DNA of 64,000 bases. It comes from Trichosphaerium sp. ATCC 40318 (taxonomy: Eukaryota; Protista; Tubulinea). Positions 50,616-62,926 of this stretch are shown here, piece by piece (position 1 is the first letter of the stretch; each line of letters opens with the position of its first letter). Under the pieces are notes generated by a model, which was not told where the DNA came from, made no database searches, and was given only the letters and a program-made list of their open reading frames with translations. The stretch is from NCBI GenBank assembly GCA_038496445.1, contig JALMLS010000330.1, positions 62,001 to 126,000 of the forward strand. The letters run 5' to 3'. Both the position numbers and the translations under genes were made by a program.

Positions 50616-51737
50616 ATGTCTAAAGACAATTGGCGGGTAGTTCACTTTAAATGGTATAAGAATGCCAAAGACATCACCGAAGTGCGTCTGTGCGGCTCTT
50701 GGGATAACTGGAAAGTAAATCAGCTGATAATGACAAAAGTTGTAAAATATTCAAAATCTGGTGATCTAGTCTCTTGTGTGTTTGGAGCAGGTTTAAACTT
50801 AGCACATGGCACGTACGAATACAAATTTGTTGTAGATGGCGTATGGCAGCATGATGACACCGCACCCACGCGGGTCGACGCCTCAGGTAACATAAACAAC
50901 GTAATAACGATCCTAAAAGACTTTCAACATAAATATTATTTAAACAATCCTAAAACAACTCAAAATGATCCTTGTCGCACTTGTACAGATACAATAGGAA
51001 CAATGGACGTAGTTATAAACTATTTAAAAGACGAGAATAAGTATGCCATTGAAGGCGCGATACCGCCTCTATTAAACCTACCACTTGAACTACAACATAT
51101 GATTATAGACACTTCCAAAGAAGTTTATGTCAAATGGCCTGTACTGTGCTATGGTACAGCAGTAACTTCTCGATTCAATAATAAACTTGAACGACATGGC
51201 ACATGGAAAACAAGCGCACATGTTTGGTTTTATGAAGATGGAAAGGCGTGCAGAAAACATCAAATTTTCAAAAATGGAGTTATTTTTTCATCATGCGATT
51301 ATAACCTTGGTATGAGACATGGCGCTTATCGAAGATGGTACAAGTATACTCCTAAAATACTAGTATCTAATTGTTGCTATAGGTATGATAATGGGCAGCC
51401 TTGGCAGCAGTTGGAGTATAAAAATGGTAAAAAACATGGAAAGTCACAACATTGGTACAAAAATGGACAAATGATGAAATTGAGGTTTTACAATAACGGT
51501 AAAATCATTGATAATACTTTATATTGGTATACTACTGGTGTGCTTAAAAGCTCAAGATGGTATATGAACGGGAAACAGCATGGAGAGGAGAAAAAGTGGT
51601 ACACTAATGGATCTCTTGCTTTTTTAGCTTTGTATCATCATGGAACGGTTACTGCTACTCCACAGTGTTGGACACGTGCTGGAAGACCTACAGCACGAGT
51701 TTTCCTTGTACGTAGGCGTATAAGGAGGAGAAGATGA
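50616..51737 (+). CDS. CBM48 (AMPK-beta-type glycogen-binding) + F-box-like + MORN repeat protein
   Basis: EVRLCGSWDNW...GTYEYKFVVDGVWQHD...GNINNVI; LLNLPLELQHMII; WYxNG/GKKHG repeats; probable 45-nt in-frame intron at ~51338-51382. Confidence 0.85.
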   Translation: MSKDNWRVVHFKWYKNAKDITEVRLCGSWDNWKVNQLIMTKVVKYSKSGDLVSCVFGAGLNLAHGTYEYKFVVDGVWQHDDTAPTRVDASGNINNVITILKDFQHKYYLNNPKTTQNDPCRTCTDTIGTMDVVINYLKDENKYAIEGAIPPLLNLPLELQHMIIDTSKEVYVKWPVLCYGTAVTSRFNNKLERHGTWKTSAHVWFYEDGKACRKHQIFKNGVIFSSCDYNLGMRHGAYRRWYKYTPKILVSNCCYRYDNGQPWQQLEYKNGKKHGKSQHWYKNGQMMKLRFYNNGKIIDNTLYWYTTGVLKSSRWYMNGKQHGEEKKWYTNGSLAFLALYHHGTVTATPQCWTRAGRPTARVFLVRRRIRRRR

Positions 51738-51969
51738 CCTAAACTTATACATGTATAAACCTTGAAAAAAAAACTGTAAAAAAAGCCAAAACTCAAATAA
51801 ACCTGATTGACTCTGTACCAAGTTCACGTGGTCTTTGTAGAAAAATTAGTCCGTGATGGAGAATAAAATTGTTCTGGTTGGAATGATATCATAGTAAGTC
51901 TCAAGACGATATTTGATAAAACGTTTTTTCTTTAATTTTTTCGTTTCATTACAAATACACTAGCACTTT

Positions 51970-53975
51970 TTAATCTGAGGAGTAATCATTTGCTGTAATA
52001 GATTGTGCTTCTTTTTCCATTCGTTGACGCTCCATATCAAGCCTTTTACTCTTGCCACGATAGAATAAATTCAATGCAACTGACAAAGCGAGTACAGCAA
52101 ACACTACAAAGAAAAAAAACCGTTAAGGTTTTGAAGAGAACTCACCGTGTAATCTGCGTACTTAAATACATTCCATGTTTAAAGTCATGTGGTGGTTTAC
52201 TTTCTTTAAGAGCTGTCATAGCAAATATTAAAGCAATAGCAATCACATTACCCATTGCGTTCAGTAGTCCTTAAACCATTAGTAAGATGCTGGTTAACAA
52301 TAATCGTTCTAGCTGTACCTGTGCTCGTTGATTCAGGGATAGGATATGTCACTTCTACGGCACTATCTAATGCTACTGGAGTGAGTGAAAGAGAAGCGAA
52401 ACCAAAGCATATATGACATATAACAACAGCAACATAAACATGAGGACGTAGAACCAACCCTAACCAGATAGCGCACAATACAACTCTACATGGAAAAGTA
52501 TGTACAAAAAAACCAAAATACACTTTTGAGACGTACAGAATGGCACCGATTCTTAGCATGAGTATATACCGTCGGAATATATCAATAAGAACACCAGATA
52601 CTATAATACCTATTAAACCAGAGACAATAAAACTTGCTCCAAGAAGTCCAATGTAAACCTAGTTTTGTTGCTTAGTTTTTGGTTGCCTTTGTAATTATTG
52701 ATTTAGTTCGTACGTCACTAACACCAAATGGTTTCCATACACTATTTATTACTGTCAAATACCCTATTAGTGATCCATAGGCTAAACTATAACCAAAAAG
52801 AAGAATGACATAATTAATTTCTTTAAGACAACCCCACACATCCTGAAAAAAGCTATTTCCCTCAAGCTGTTGTGGCTGAGATGCTGCATAACTTGGTGGA
52901 GTAGGTGGTTTGCTCTGTACTGCACATAAACATAATATACCCGAAAAAGTACCAAGCAAAGCTTCAATGAGAAGAACCAAAGGAATATCAAAGCCTTCGG
53001 AGAGTCAGAAAATTATTACTAAGAAAAATCTAAATACAAATCTACTAAAAAAGATTGCCTGTTTTGACGATCAATGGGACCAATCCAGAACCAGCGGCAT
53101 TGCCTAGAATATTGGATACTACACCTAATGCTAGTGCTATACCACGTTCCTTTTCTCCGAACCAATTAAAAGCCAATAGAGAGATAGTATTCATGCCAAT
53201 AAACGGCTGTACAATGCCGGCTATACTTTGACCTTCAAAAAAACGGATTTAATATTTTCCGAAGATGCACGCGACATACCGACAAAAGAAATCCAAAATT
53301 TTCCTCTCATAGACACAGGAATAAAATCCGGCAAGTAGCGAATCCAACCACTTACAATAAGAGCAATACCACCAATGCGTACCTAAAACAAAAATCATTT
53401 AAATAACATTGCAGTTCAAATCGTTCAATTCTTCACTTTTTTTCGAACTGTGTCACGTGATTGACGAACAGTTGAGTTTGGATTTTTTATGTTTGCGATC
53501 AAATTAGTGCACATACTATTGTTTTAAACCCGTAAAACTTGAGTAGATATGATACAAGCAAAGTTGCAGGGAAAAAGATGATCATCAAGGCTTGATCTAT
53601 AAAATGTCAAAGGTGTTATCGCGTGTCATTTACAAGACAACTTAGTGGCCTCGTGTCCATACGTACTCATCAAATTAACCTCAAATATGCTTATTCTAAG
53701 ATATTTAGATTTAGAAGTTTACTCAAATAAAATAGGCGTACTTGTAGTAGTCTTGTACTATATCTGCGATTGGCGCGTATGTCATTTGGTACATCGACGG
53801 GAGAAATGTAGCTAAGGCGAATATGGCTAACATCACCCAACGACGCTTGTATCGTTTATATTTAGGCGATGGTGTACCTATCAGAGGCATTTGCGCCTCA
53901 ACATTCTCTTCCTATCTTAATTTAGCAAATGCGTAGCCAATGAAAATTTCCTATTGGTACTTGTATTGATGTCAT
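51970..53975 (-). CDS. MFS transporter, FLVCR/SLC49-like
   Basis: YKRRWVMLAIF, NWFGEKERGIA, KPPTPPSYAAS, AVEVTYPIPESTSTG; many TM helices. Confidence 0.88.
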
Positions 53976-54088
53976 TTATGTGCCGTTTAGGTTGTACCGG
54001 CAGTTTAAAATTAAGTTAAAAGACTAGAGTTGACTAACAATATTCAGAACGCATAAGATCAACCAAACGCGATCGCTATGTAGTAGAG

Positions 54089-57000
54089 ATGAGTATTGTC
54101 ACTATCTTAGCGTGTATATGCCTATTTTTAATATACTCTGAGTGTGTTGTAATACATAGACTTCAAATAGCACCAAGAGAGGGTAGTGATGACTTTAACT
54201 ATAACGTACGTCAACTCTCCGTGCTTCAATTTACGACAAACCTTTGTACTTCTTTTTAATAGCGTAATACGCCATATGCCATTAACGCGGCGCCTCTAAT
54301 ACATTGTATTAGTTTAATGACGGCGAAACGGGAACACTTGTGTGTTCAGAAAGGAGCATATCACTAGCCGATCCAATCAATACTACAGTAGCGTAAATCT
54401 CTGGCTTTTTTTGTAATTCTTACCTAATAAAGGTTTTTCCGGTTCGATACGCTTGCTTTATCAGCGAGTGCTATGGTGACTAGTGCACGCATACGTTTCA
54501 CATCAACAAAATACGACAGCAATCCTATTAAGCTCTTTCTTCATGTTAGCGCTGTAGGTACGTTCTAATACCATTATTTACGCGTAAGCAAGTATTCATT
54601 AATCAATATAGGAAAGATATTTCCAAAATCGCTGTTTCAATGCGCTGAGTTGCCAACCCAAGCCGATCCAAAGTCTCATATCCTTGAGCAGCTTTACGAG
54701 TACGTAATCACACGTGGTGAAAAAGTAAGTTGTTACTTTTGAATAGAAATGCGGTTGTGTGGTCTATAGACCAGCCATGGCAACAAAACGGTAAATATGA
54801 TAGCGTTGACTTGTCAATGCGTATAAATGAAGTGATTGGTACTAGTCAAATAAGTTTTTGTATTTTTGTTCTTTGTGATCGTGATGACTTTCTTTTATCC
54901 TGTGCTTCCTACTCGTAAAAGTATGCTAAATATATTAGGAGATATACAAGGCAGCACAGGATTAGATATAGGCGTGATAATGGAGGAATCTTCAAGTACC
55001 ACTTTATTATATTGAAGTTTTCTCGTTTTTTTCTTATGTATTTTTATAGGTGGTTCACGAACAGTTTTTTCGTATGAAGCGTCTGAAGATAATAAAGGAA
55101 ATACGCCTGTACAATTATTTATAGGTTAGCCAACATAACTTACTTACAAACATCACTAACGTATAAAACTTTTCTCTTACTTTGTTTAATCAAGATTACT
55201 ACACTCAAAACGATGTAACAGAACCTCCTACGACGGCCTCTCCTCCTGATTTTCCAAGACCAGTACCTACAGTTCCTGAAATACCTTTGAGTGGCGGTAA
55301 CAGTTGTTTGCTTAAAATATTACGTGTATAACTAAACTCTTTGCTAGGCAAAACAGGAAAACTAACAACATTCCTTGATAGCAGTCTTTCACAGTCTTCT
55401 ACAAAATTTAAAATTGGGCAAACCGTGTATGCCCAGCTAGTCGATACGTCAGTACAGGAATTGAGGGTAGTAGGAGTACGTTTTGTTCATTTCAATCGCT
55501 GGCTAAACTTGCCTGTAAGGTTATCGTTGATGGAAGCTTTTTGTCTGATATGTCTGTTACAATTAACAGGATTTTCAACACCATTGCTTCTCTACAATTT
55601 CCATTAGAAGTTACTGACGTTACGAAACGTCAACTGAGACAACAATGTGATAACATAGTTGTCTCTGTAATCTATAATGATGCTTCGACTTCAAATAAAA
55701 ACTTGATGGCTTCAACAAACCTTACAGATGGTACAAAACCTCACTCACAAGATTAATGAAACTGAAGAAAGTACTAATATTATTGTAGAAGCGTGTAGTG
55801 AGCTACCATCGATAATAGTTGCAACTCCCAGTGGAAGATCTAGCAATTGTGCGATACTGGCTTATTTCGGTTTTTCTTATTTCTTTTCCCAGTTATGGTA
55901 GTGATTATTGGAGCTGTTGCTGGTTTTGTGGTTTTGATACTTGTTATTGGGTCAATCGTTGGTGGTGTCGTTTTGTATAAAAGACGTAGAAATAAATATG
56001 AGAGTGCTCCAGTAATAGACAATGGTACTCTATTGGAGCCTCTTTCCGGAACTCTTTTGTTTCAATTAGAGCAGGTACTTCCTTAATAACATTCTCAATG
56101 TTTAATCAAAACCTTTGGCTAACCACTAAGGCCATGAAAGGACGCATTGTTCTTTTTTGTTTTCTACTATCTGATCGTTTTTTCGCTTGTTCTAATTTTG
56201 CTTGTAGATCATCGTTGAGAACTCTGACTTTGTTGAACGTTTGAGCACTTGCGTTAATAGTAAACTGAACGAGACGTTTGCTAAAGCAATTGTCATAATA
56301 CATGAACATAATCGGTTAACATTTGATATGATTCGTCCTCATATAATAAAGGAAGTATATACTTGTAGTACGCTTTGCTCTCTTATAGCTACCTCATTTG
56401 CTTATAACCTACTACACTAGCTCAAATTACAACGTTCATGCGGGGAAACACCTTTCTAACGAAAGTAATGCAAGCTTTTGCTGCCATTAGTGGTCATAGC
56501 TTTGTAAAGGAGCACTTTGGTCCTCTTATGTGTGAAATATTCGACGAAAACGCTTGCTATGAAGTACGTGTTTTATCACGTGATTAGAAACTAACTGTTA
56601 TCTAATAGGTAGACCCTGAAAGGCTTCGAAAAGGAGAAAATCTTGAAGATAATAAACGTCGTTTACGACGGCGTACAAATCAGTTTATTGAAATTATCAT
56701 AAAGTCAGTAGATGAGATACCGGAGTAAGTAGTAACATACAGCTACTTTCTTCCGGAATAGCGGAGAAGATTACGACGAAAAACTTTTTTTTCAGAATAT
56801 AACTCATTTTCTCTTTTTCTATCGTGGAACTTAAGAAAGATTTAAGAAACTAATTAAGTGCCACTATGCGTTACATTGTTAATATTTTTTGATAATCATG
56901 TTTATTTTAAGGTCTATCCGTCGAATGTGTTATATGCTTGTACAGGAAGTATCTACAAAATTCCCTAAAGAAAGTATACAACCTACACTAGCAGGATTTA

Positions 57001-57949
57001 TATTTTTAAGATGGATTCTTCCTGTGCTATCTAGACCTCATGTTATATTATTTGATGTGGCCCCTGAGTCTATATCATATCACCAAGGTACTAAACTACA
57101 AATGTAAACGTTGGTAGTGCCAGAAAAGCATAAAGACAAAATTATTTACTGGGTTTTTTTTTAGAGGAGTCAACTCCAAACGCTGATCGTGCATGTTTGC
57201 TTATTGCAAAGATAATGCAAAATATGGCTACAGGGCGTAAGTTTCTAGAACCTTACATGATTACTTTCAATGATATGATTGATAATCAAGCTCAAAGGTT
57301 AACGACGTTCTTCAAGTTGTTACCATTATCAGTAAGTTCTTGTTTGTGTCAGTTCTTGTTTTACTGACTTTGGTTTTCAAGGGCCCAAGGGCGTCTTTCA
57401 TGACTATAGATAAACACGTTGTCATTGCTTGTACAGAGATTATACATCACGTCACTAATGAAGTCTGCTATGACGTATGTTTGAATTTTTGTGATTTTTT
57501 GAAAAAAGTTGTGTTTATCCTTACTGAGTACAACCCTATAAACACGTTTATGGCACTAATACTTTTAAAAAACATTATTGCCAAGCAGGTCTATATATTT
57601 AACTTATAATATGCCGCCCTTTACTTCATAGCGTAGTTTCGTTGGCTAAAAGTTATTGTTTTTCTGAATCTTTTTTTTGTTGAAATATCTTCATCTGAAC
57701 GCTAATTCTCTTCTTTCTTAGGCGAAACTTGACGAACAAACTTACTGGAGGGATTTAAGAAATATACTTGCTCAGCTTGGACCACCAAAATGTAGCTTTG
57801 ACAAGCTTGCTAAGATATCAAAAATGAATATTGTCTCAGAAGAAGCAAAGGAAATATTGAGATTGACAAAAAAAAAAGAATTTAGGAATTTGACCTACAG
57901 TAAGCCTCAATACTCAACTCCACCCGGTTCATTGTATGTATTGAACTAA
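54089..57949 (+). CDS. Single-pass membrane protein with cytoplasmic RasGAP domain
   Basis: Signal peptide MSIVTILACICLFLIYSEC; TM VVIIGAVAGFVVLILVIGSIVGGVVLY followed by KRRRNK; RasGAP motifs FMRGNTFLTK, YEVDPERL, GFIFLRWILP, LLIAKIMQNMA. Confidence 0.8.
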
Positions 57950-58029
57950 TGAGTAAAGAAATGTACAACGTAAAAAGACTTCCACTTGAAAACATAAGAA
58001 GAATTACCTCATAAAGTGTAAACTAAAAA

Positions 58030-58599
58030 AAAATGTATCAAACAAACAATTGACTCTTTTCTCACTTTACTTCAAACTGCATTCTTTACATTGAGGCGAC
58101 ATAATCTTACATAAGAGAGTTATTTTAATATTTCAGCCAAAACAGACTAGTCGGATACATGCCAGGAAGCTCTACTAGTCAAAACTGTAAGGCCACATAT
58201 CTATTTTTGAGCCCTGTTGTTTAGTGTACTACACATACATTTACCATGGATTTCGTAGTGTTATTCAGGGATCCGTGAAAAGAACATGCAGAGGGATTAC
58301 GTTTTTTAGAGATAACACGTGAATGATGGTTCACAGAAATTCCGCAAACGCATTTTCTCCCGAAGACAAATCAGAAACGCCACGTATGTTAATTCTTTAC
58401 TCTAACGTGTTAGGCTACCGTTGAGTTTGAAGTACTTCCACAAGTACTCCTCTTCCCTATCAGTGTGAGTGCCATCTGGATACATGGCTGAAATTAGCAC
58501 ATCGTGTACTGAATACAACATTTTAACTACAAAATAGACTCGCAGTAGGGTTAAAGTAATACGCCTAGCCTCTTTGAAAATAAGTATTACATCCCCCAT
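58030..58599 (-). CDS. Small hypothetical protein (weak TerB-like DG...E motif); structure uncertain
   Basis: ORF 58402-58599 with ISAMYPDGTHTDREEEYLWKY, followed by intron-like segments. Confidence 0.3.
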
Positions 58600-58689
58600 G
58601 GTGCTTTTGGTATTACTCTAATAGCTCCGTGGATTTGGGAGAATCGTAGTACTTGTGAACAATGAACATTCAGCTCAAACCATTAAACC

Positions 58690-59934
58690 ATGAAGCAGCT
58701 CTTCTCCGTCTTTGTAATTCTGTTTGTTTCCTTCTTTACGACTTTCTCAAGCTACACCACACGCGATACAGAAGTACTTGAATGCTCTCGTGTTCCTTTC
58801 CCTTATAATCCTTCCGGAGTTAAACATATAGCCGCATCACCAAATGGCACGTGGGCTATAGCAAACGACAATACAATACACTTGTTAAAAGACGATGGAA
58901 CTTGGATGATTGTTTACGGAGGCCTGCAAAACATTAATGTGTCGCCTTTTGGAAATGACATATATGTTATTGGCATCAACAAATTCAGTCATATCTGGCA
59001 AAGACATGGTGTTACGGTACGCTACATTTTTATTTGTGACTATTGTTTGTTTTCTCACTTTCTTCTCTTAGCCACAACTACCTCAGGGTTCGTCTTGGTC
59101 GAAAATTGAAGGAGGACTTCGTTCATTATCTCTGAGGAACGATGGCAAATTTTGGGGTGTAAATCCATCCGATATTGTGTATTTTCATGATGGTACTCGC
59201 TGGATTCAGGTATGTCTTTGTAGAAACTGTTCTTACTTACTTGAACCTAGCACCCCGAACGTAACATGCTTGAGGTTACTGTAGATAAAAGCAATGAAGT
59301 TTATGGCCTTACAAGGAATGGAGACTTATATCGTCGTCAGGATTACGTTGGAAGTTGGGATCTTGTTAAATCACAGCTAGAAGCTCGAGGTATACGAATT
59401 TGTAACGATGTTATTTGGGGTGTAGGAAATACCGGAGCTCTTTCTAGAATTAACACAAGCCAAGACCCTCAGCACATAACATCGTTTTCATTTACAACGA
59501 AAGGTGTAAGCGGAGCACCAAGCACTGTTATTTCTCAGGTCAGCTGTAACCAAGCAGAAGAATTTCCTTGGTTCGTTTCTGGAGGCGTAATTTATAATCA
59601 ATGTACAGTAGTACCACAACCAACGGTATCGCCAACGCTACCACCGACAACTACAGCACCAACACCTTCGCCTACAACAACTCCGACAGCAAGTAGCCCA
59701 ATATCGTTGCCAGTAGTCAAACCGGTGACACCAAAGAATCCACCTTCATATAAAGCAGTGAAGCCAGTGCATCCACAAATTCCTCCTTCATACAAAGCAG
59801 TGAAACCAGTACACCCAATACTTCCACCTTCGTATAAAGCAGTGAAGCCAGTGCATCCTCAAATTCCTCCTTCATACAAAGCAGTGAAACCAGTGCACCC
59901 GCCACCATCAAAACTGGTTTACCCAAGGCCATAA
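58690..59934 (+). CDS. Secreted tectonin-like beta-propeller lectin with Pro/Thr linker and C-terminal PPSYK repeats
   Basis: Signal peptide; blades such as KHIAASPNGTWAIANDNTIH, WMIVYGGLQNINVS, WSKIEGGLRSLS..GKFWGVN; tail of PPSYKAVKPVHP repeats. Confidence 0.75.
59740..59907 (+). repeat. Coding tandem repeat, 42 bp x4 (PPSYKAVKPVHPxx)
   Basis: Four directly visible units ccWccttcRtaYaaagcagtgaaRccagtRcaYcc... Confidence 0.9.
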
Positions 59935-59986
59935 TTGTCCAAAATAAAACTCAATTAGATAAGACACCAAGTTAAACTTTTGCCTT

Positions 59987-62622
59987 TTACTGATACTGTT
60001 TTTCGTCTGATGCAGTCAATTTGATCTCAAACAGCAGGAAATTTTCCAGTCTGTACGCATGTTGATTCAACCTAAACAGTGCTTTGGAATACCTTGAAAT
60101 CATTGCTGTGCAATTATATTGGTGGGAAATAAAAGGTACTAATTGTGAAATAAAAACAACAAACAGGTACAATTTAAGTAGTAGGTAAACAACTGTCACT
60201 TTTTATGCCTAATTCAACTTCACTATTGTTGTAGCCAGTATTGAGACTGCCGACTAAAGTAATTTGTTTTACGTACGCATGTAGTCATAGTTTAATAGTA
60301 CAGAAATAGTGTGCTTTGAAGTAGTATTTAATTACTTGGCACGTGCTAATTAGCTTAGTGTACAGTAACAATTCTACGCTTTTACATAAGACTGAAATTC
60401 GCTACCAGCTTCCTCGTATACTATGTTATCTATTTTCCCAGAGAAACTTACGTTATCGCCAACAACTTGTCCATGTACCTCCAATGCTTTTGGTAAATGA
60501 AATCCCAAATCTCCAAAAATACCTTCAACCTCAGAACAAAGCTCCTCTATTTTACTGATCGTATCAACTGTTTTCTTTTGTGTTTGTTCACCCTCATTAT
60601 CGGCTAAGTCCTCCTTTTGGTTTTCTGTCAAAGGAGTATATTTCAAAGCCCTCATAGTCGTGTGTTTCTTGTCATTTTTTCTAAGTTCCATTGCAACCTT
60701 TTTACCGAATGCTATTGAATCATGAACAATAGAATCAGTTACCTTAACATAGTAGGATTAGTAACACAGCTACTTGTTTGATGCACGTACTCTTAGCACT
60801 GGAATAAGGTCACCTCCGACCATCTTTCTGTTTGATTTTCTTTCTAAAGATAAAACGTGCTTCATCATATCTTCGTTTGTTGAAAAAAGCATCTGTCTTC
60901 CAGCTGAAGAATACATAAAGCCAATGTAAAATACACCAGCCTGCTTAAAATCAAAAGTGTACATATCCACAAAACCTAATTGTGAAACAAAATTAGTACT
61001 CAATCATAATCTTTTTTAAGTTCCTGCCTCACTCACGTGATAAAATTGATTGATCATCTTCTTGAATAAGCTTTCGGGTAATTGAAGCTCCCATTTTACC
61101 AACGTAGTTAGCTAACCGCGCAATATTTAATGCTCCTTTCGCTAAAGCGGCATGCTTTAAATTAACAGTTACTATAGCTGGGATACCCTATGAAGAAGGT
61201 AAGTTAAATGATATGTTCAATTCAAAGTAAAGCTACAAGAAAAGAGCCATTTAAATTGCAAAAGCATTGTACCTTCAACGCTGCAATCCCAAATTTGTTG
61301 TCAGAAAACTGCGGGCTCATAAAATCAAATAAGTTTAGTAACCGTCTCTCTTTTTCTTTACTCATCCCACAATCACCATATACTCCAACTGTTGCATGGC
61401 TACCAATACCAAGAAGACTCAATAACATCTGAGCCTTGAACCATCTTGAAATATGCCAAAAAGGCTTATCCTTAAAAGAGGACTTAAGAACTGCGTTTAA
61501 TCCATCATACACTAAGAACCACGGTAGCGTCAAGAACAATGACGAACCATAGAATATCTAAACAAGGTTAGTAGCTATAAAGAGTTGTAAAAGGAGTATA
61601 AGACAACGAACCTTGTCAGGTACTTTCATATTAATTTGTGTACACTTAAACTGCACGTTTAAGTCTCCTTCAAAATCTGTTTTACCATTGTACCTAAGAG
61701 ACCCATTTGCTTTCACAGGTCCTTCGACATTGAAAGAAAATAAATCTACACTGTCTAAAGATTTTGTCGCTCTTGACTTTGTTTCTGTAGTGTCCAACTC
61801 TTCAGCTGGAATTTTCTCTGAGTGTGGGATTCGAAGTCTAACAAAAGTAAGAACACGTGTTTTTCGAGGTTGACGCACAATATCTTGCCGTTTTCTGTTG
61901 CGATTTTACTCTTTACTGCATTCTCTATTATCTCCCATCTCTTTTTATCCCCTTCAGATGGACCACCTTGAGGATGTTGCCATATTGTCGTGTAACTTTT
62001 TGCAGGCTTTTTTTGAAAATACGCAAATACACCTGTTTCACCACGTGACATTATAGAGAGTGTATTGTCCACCCATTCCTGCACTATATTTATACCTGTT
62101 GAAACATCTTTTTCTCTCTTTTCTACAAGTTCTTTTTGTTTCTCTGTTGATTCTTCTTTGTTCCAACCAAAATCTACAACAGAAGAAAATTCAGTGTTTT
62201 TTGCAAATATTTGAAGAAAAAAAATGAAGTTCGCTGGCTCTTACAGTCCTCCAAAGCACTGATATTAATAATAAACGCTTTAACACGCTTCCAAAACTCA
62301 TTTTTTGACAGTGCAAGTTGTAAATAGCCTGTACATCGTGGATGCGGTCCATTTACAGCTATTTTTAAGTGGTTACCGAAATCTTTACCAACAGCGTTCC
62401 TACGTTGATTATTACTCGTGTTTTCTTCCAAATCGTACCTTTTTTTAATGTCTTCCACTGTCAGTTGTGTTGCATATTGTTTGTACCGTCTTCGGGCAAC
62501 TGTAGTAGTTTTGCGTCGGTTCTATGGTTTTGATTAGTGTTTTCGTTAATTAGCGTAAAATAACACTAAATAGCTATATTTACGCGTACAGCGAACGTTT
62601 TTAGGCCTCTTGACCTTATCAT
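59987..62622 (-). CDS. Large hypothetical protein, possible mitochondrial presequence (multi-exon; ends approximate)
   Basis: Run of minus-strand ORF fragments separated by GT-AG introns; Arg/Thr-rich start MIRSRGLKTFA..RRKTTTVARRRY; no family recognised. Confidence 0.55.
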
Positions 62623-62926
62623 TGTTTATTACTACTTTTGTATTAAACTGAGTTTATCTTGGCCTGACTTAACCTAGTTTTACGTGAAGGCATGAGTTCA
62701 CGTGTAAATTAGAACTCGGTTTTACTCAGTGTAAAATAGAATTATATAGGAGAGTAATTCTTTTTGGAAGGTTTCGTTATTGTGTTAACAGAAGCAGAGA
62801 ACAACTTCAAATACAAAGTTGGTAAGTTTGTACACATTGTGCTTGTTGACCACATACTCTAACTTTGTTTATTGCTGATAGTAAGTATTACTTTGCAGCA
62901 AATGGACTGTCTTAGTTATTATTGTT

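Noticed and set aside
59740-59907. CRISPR-like array
   Set aside because: Contiguous in-frame coding repeats without unique spacers, in a eukaryotic gene
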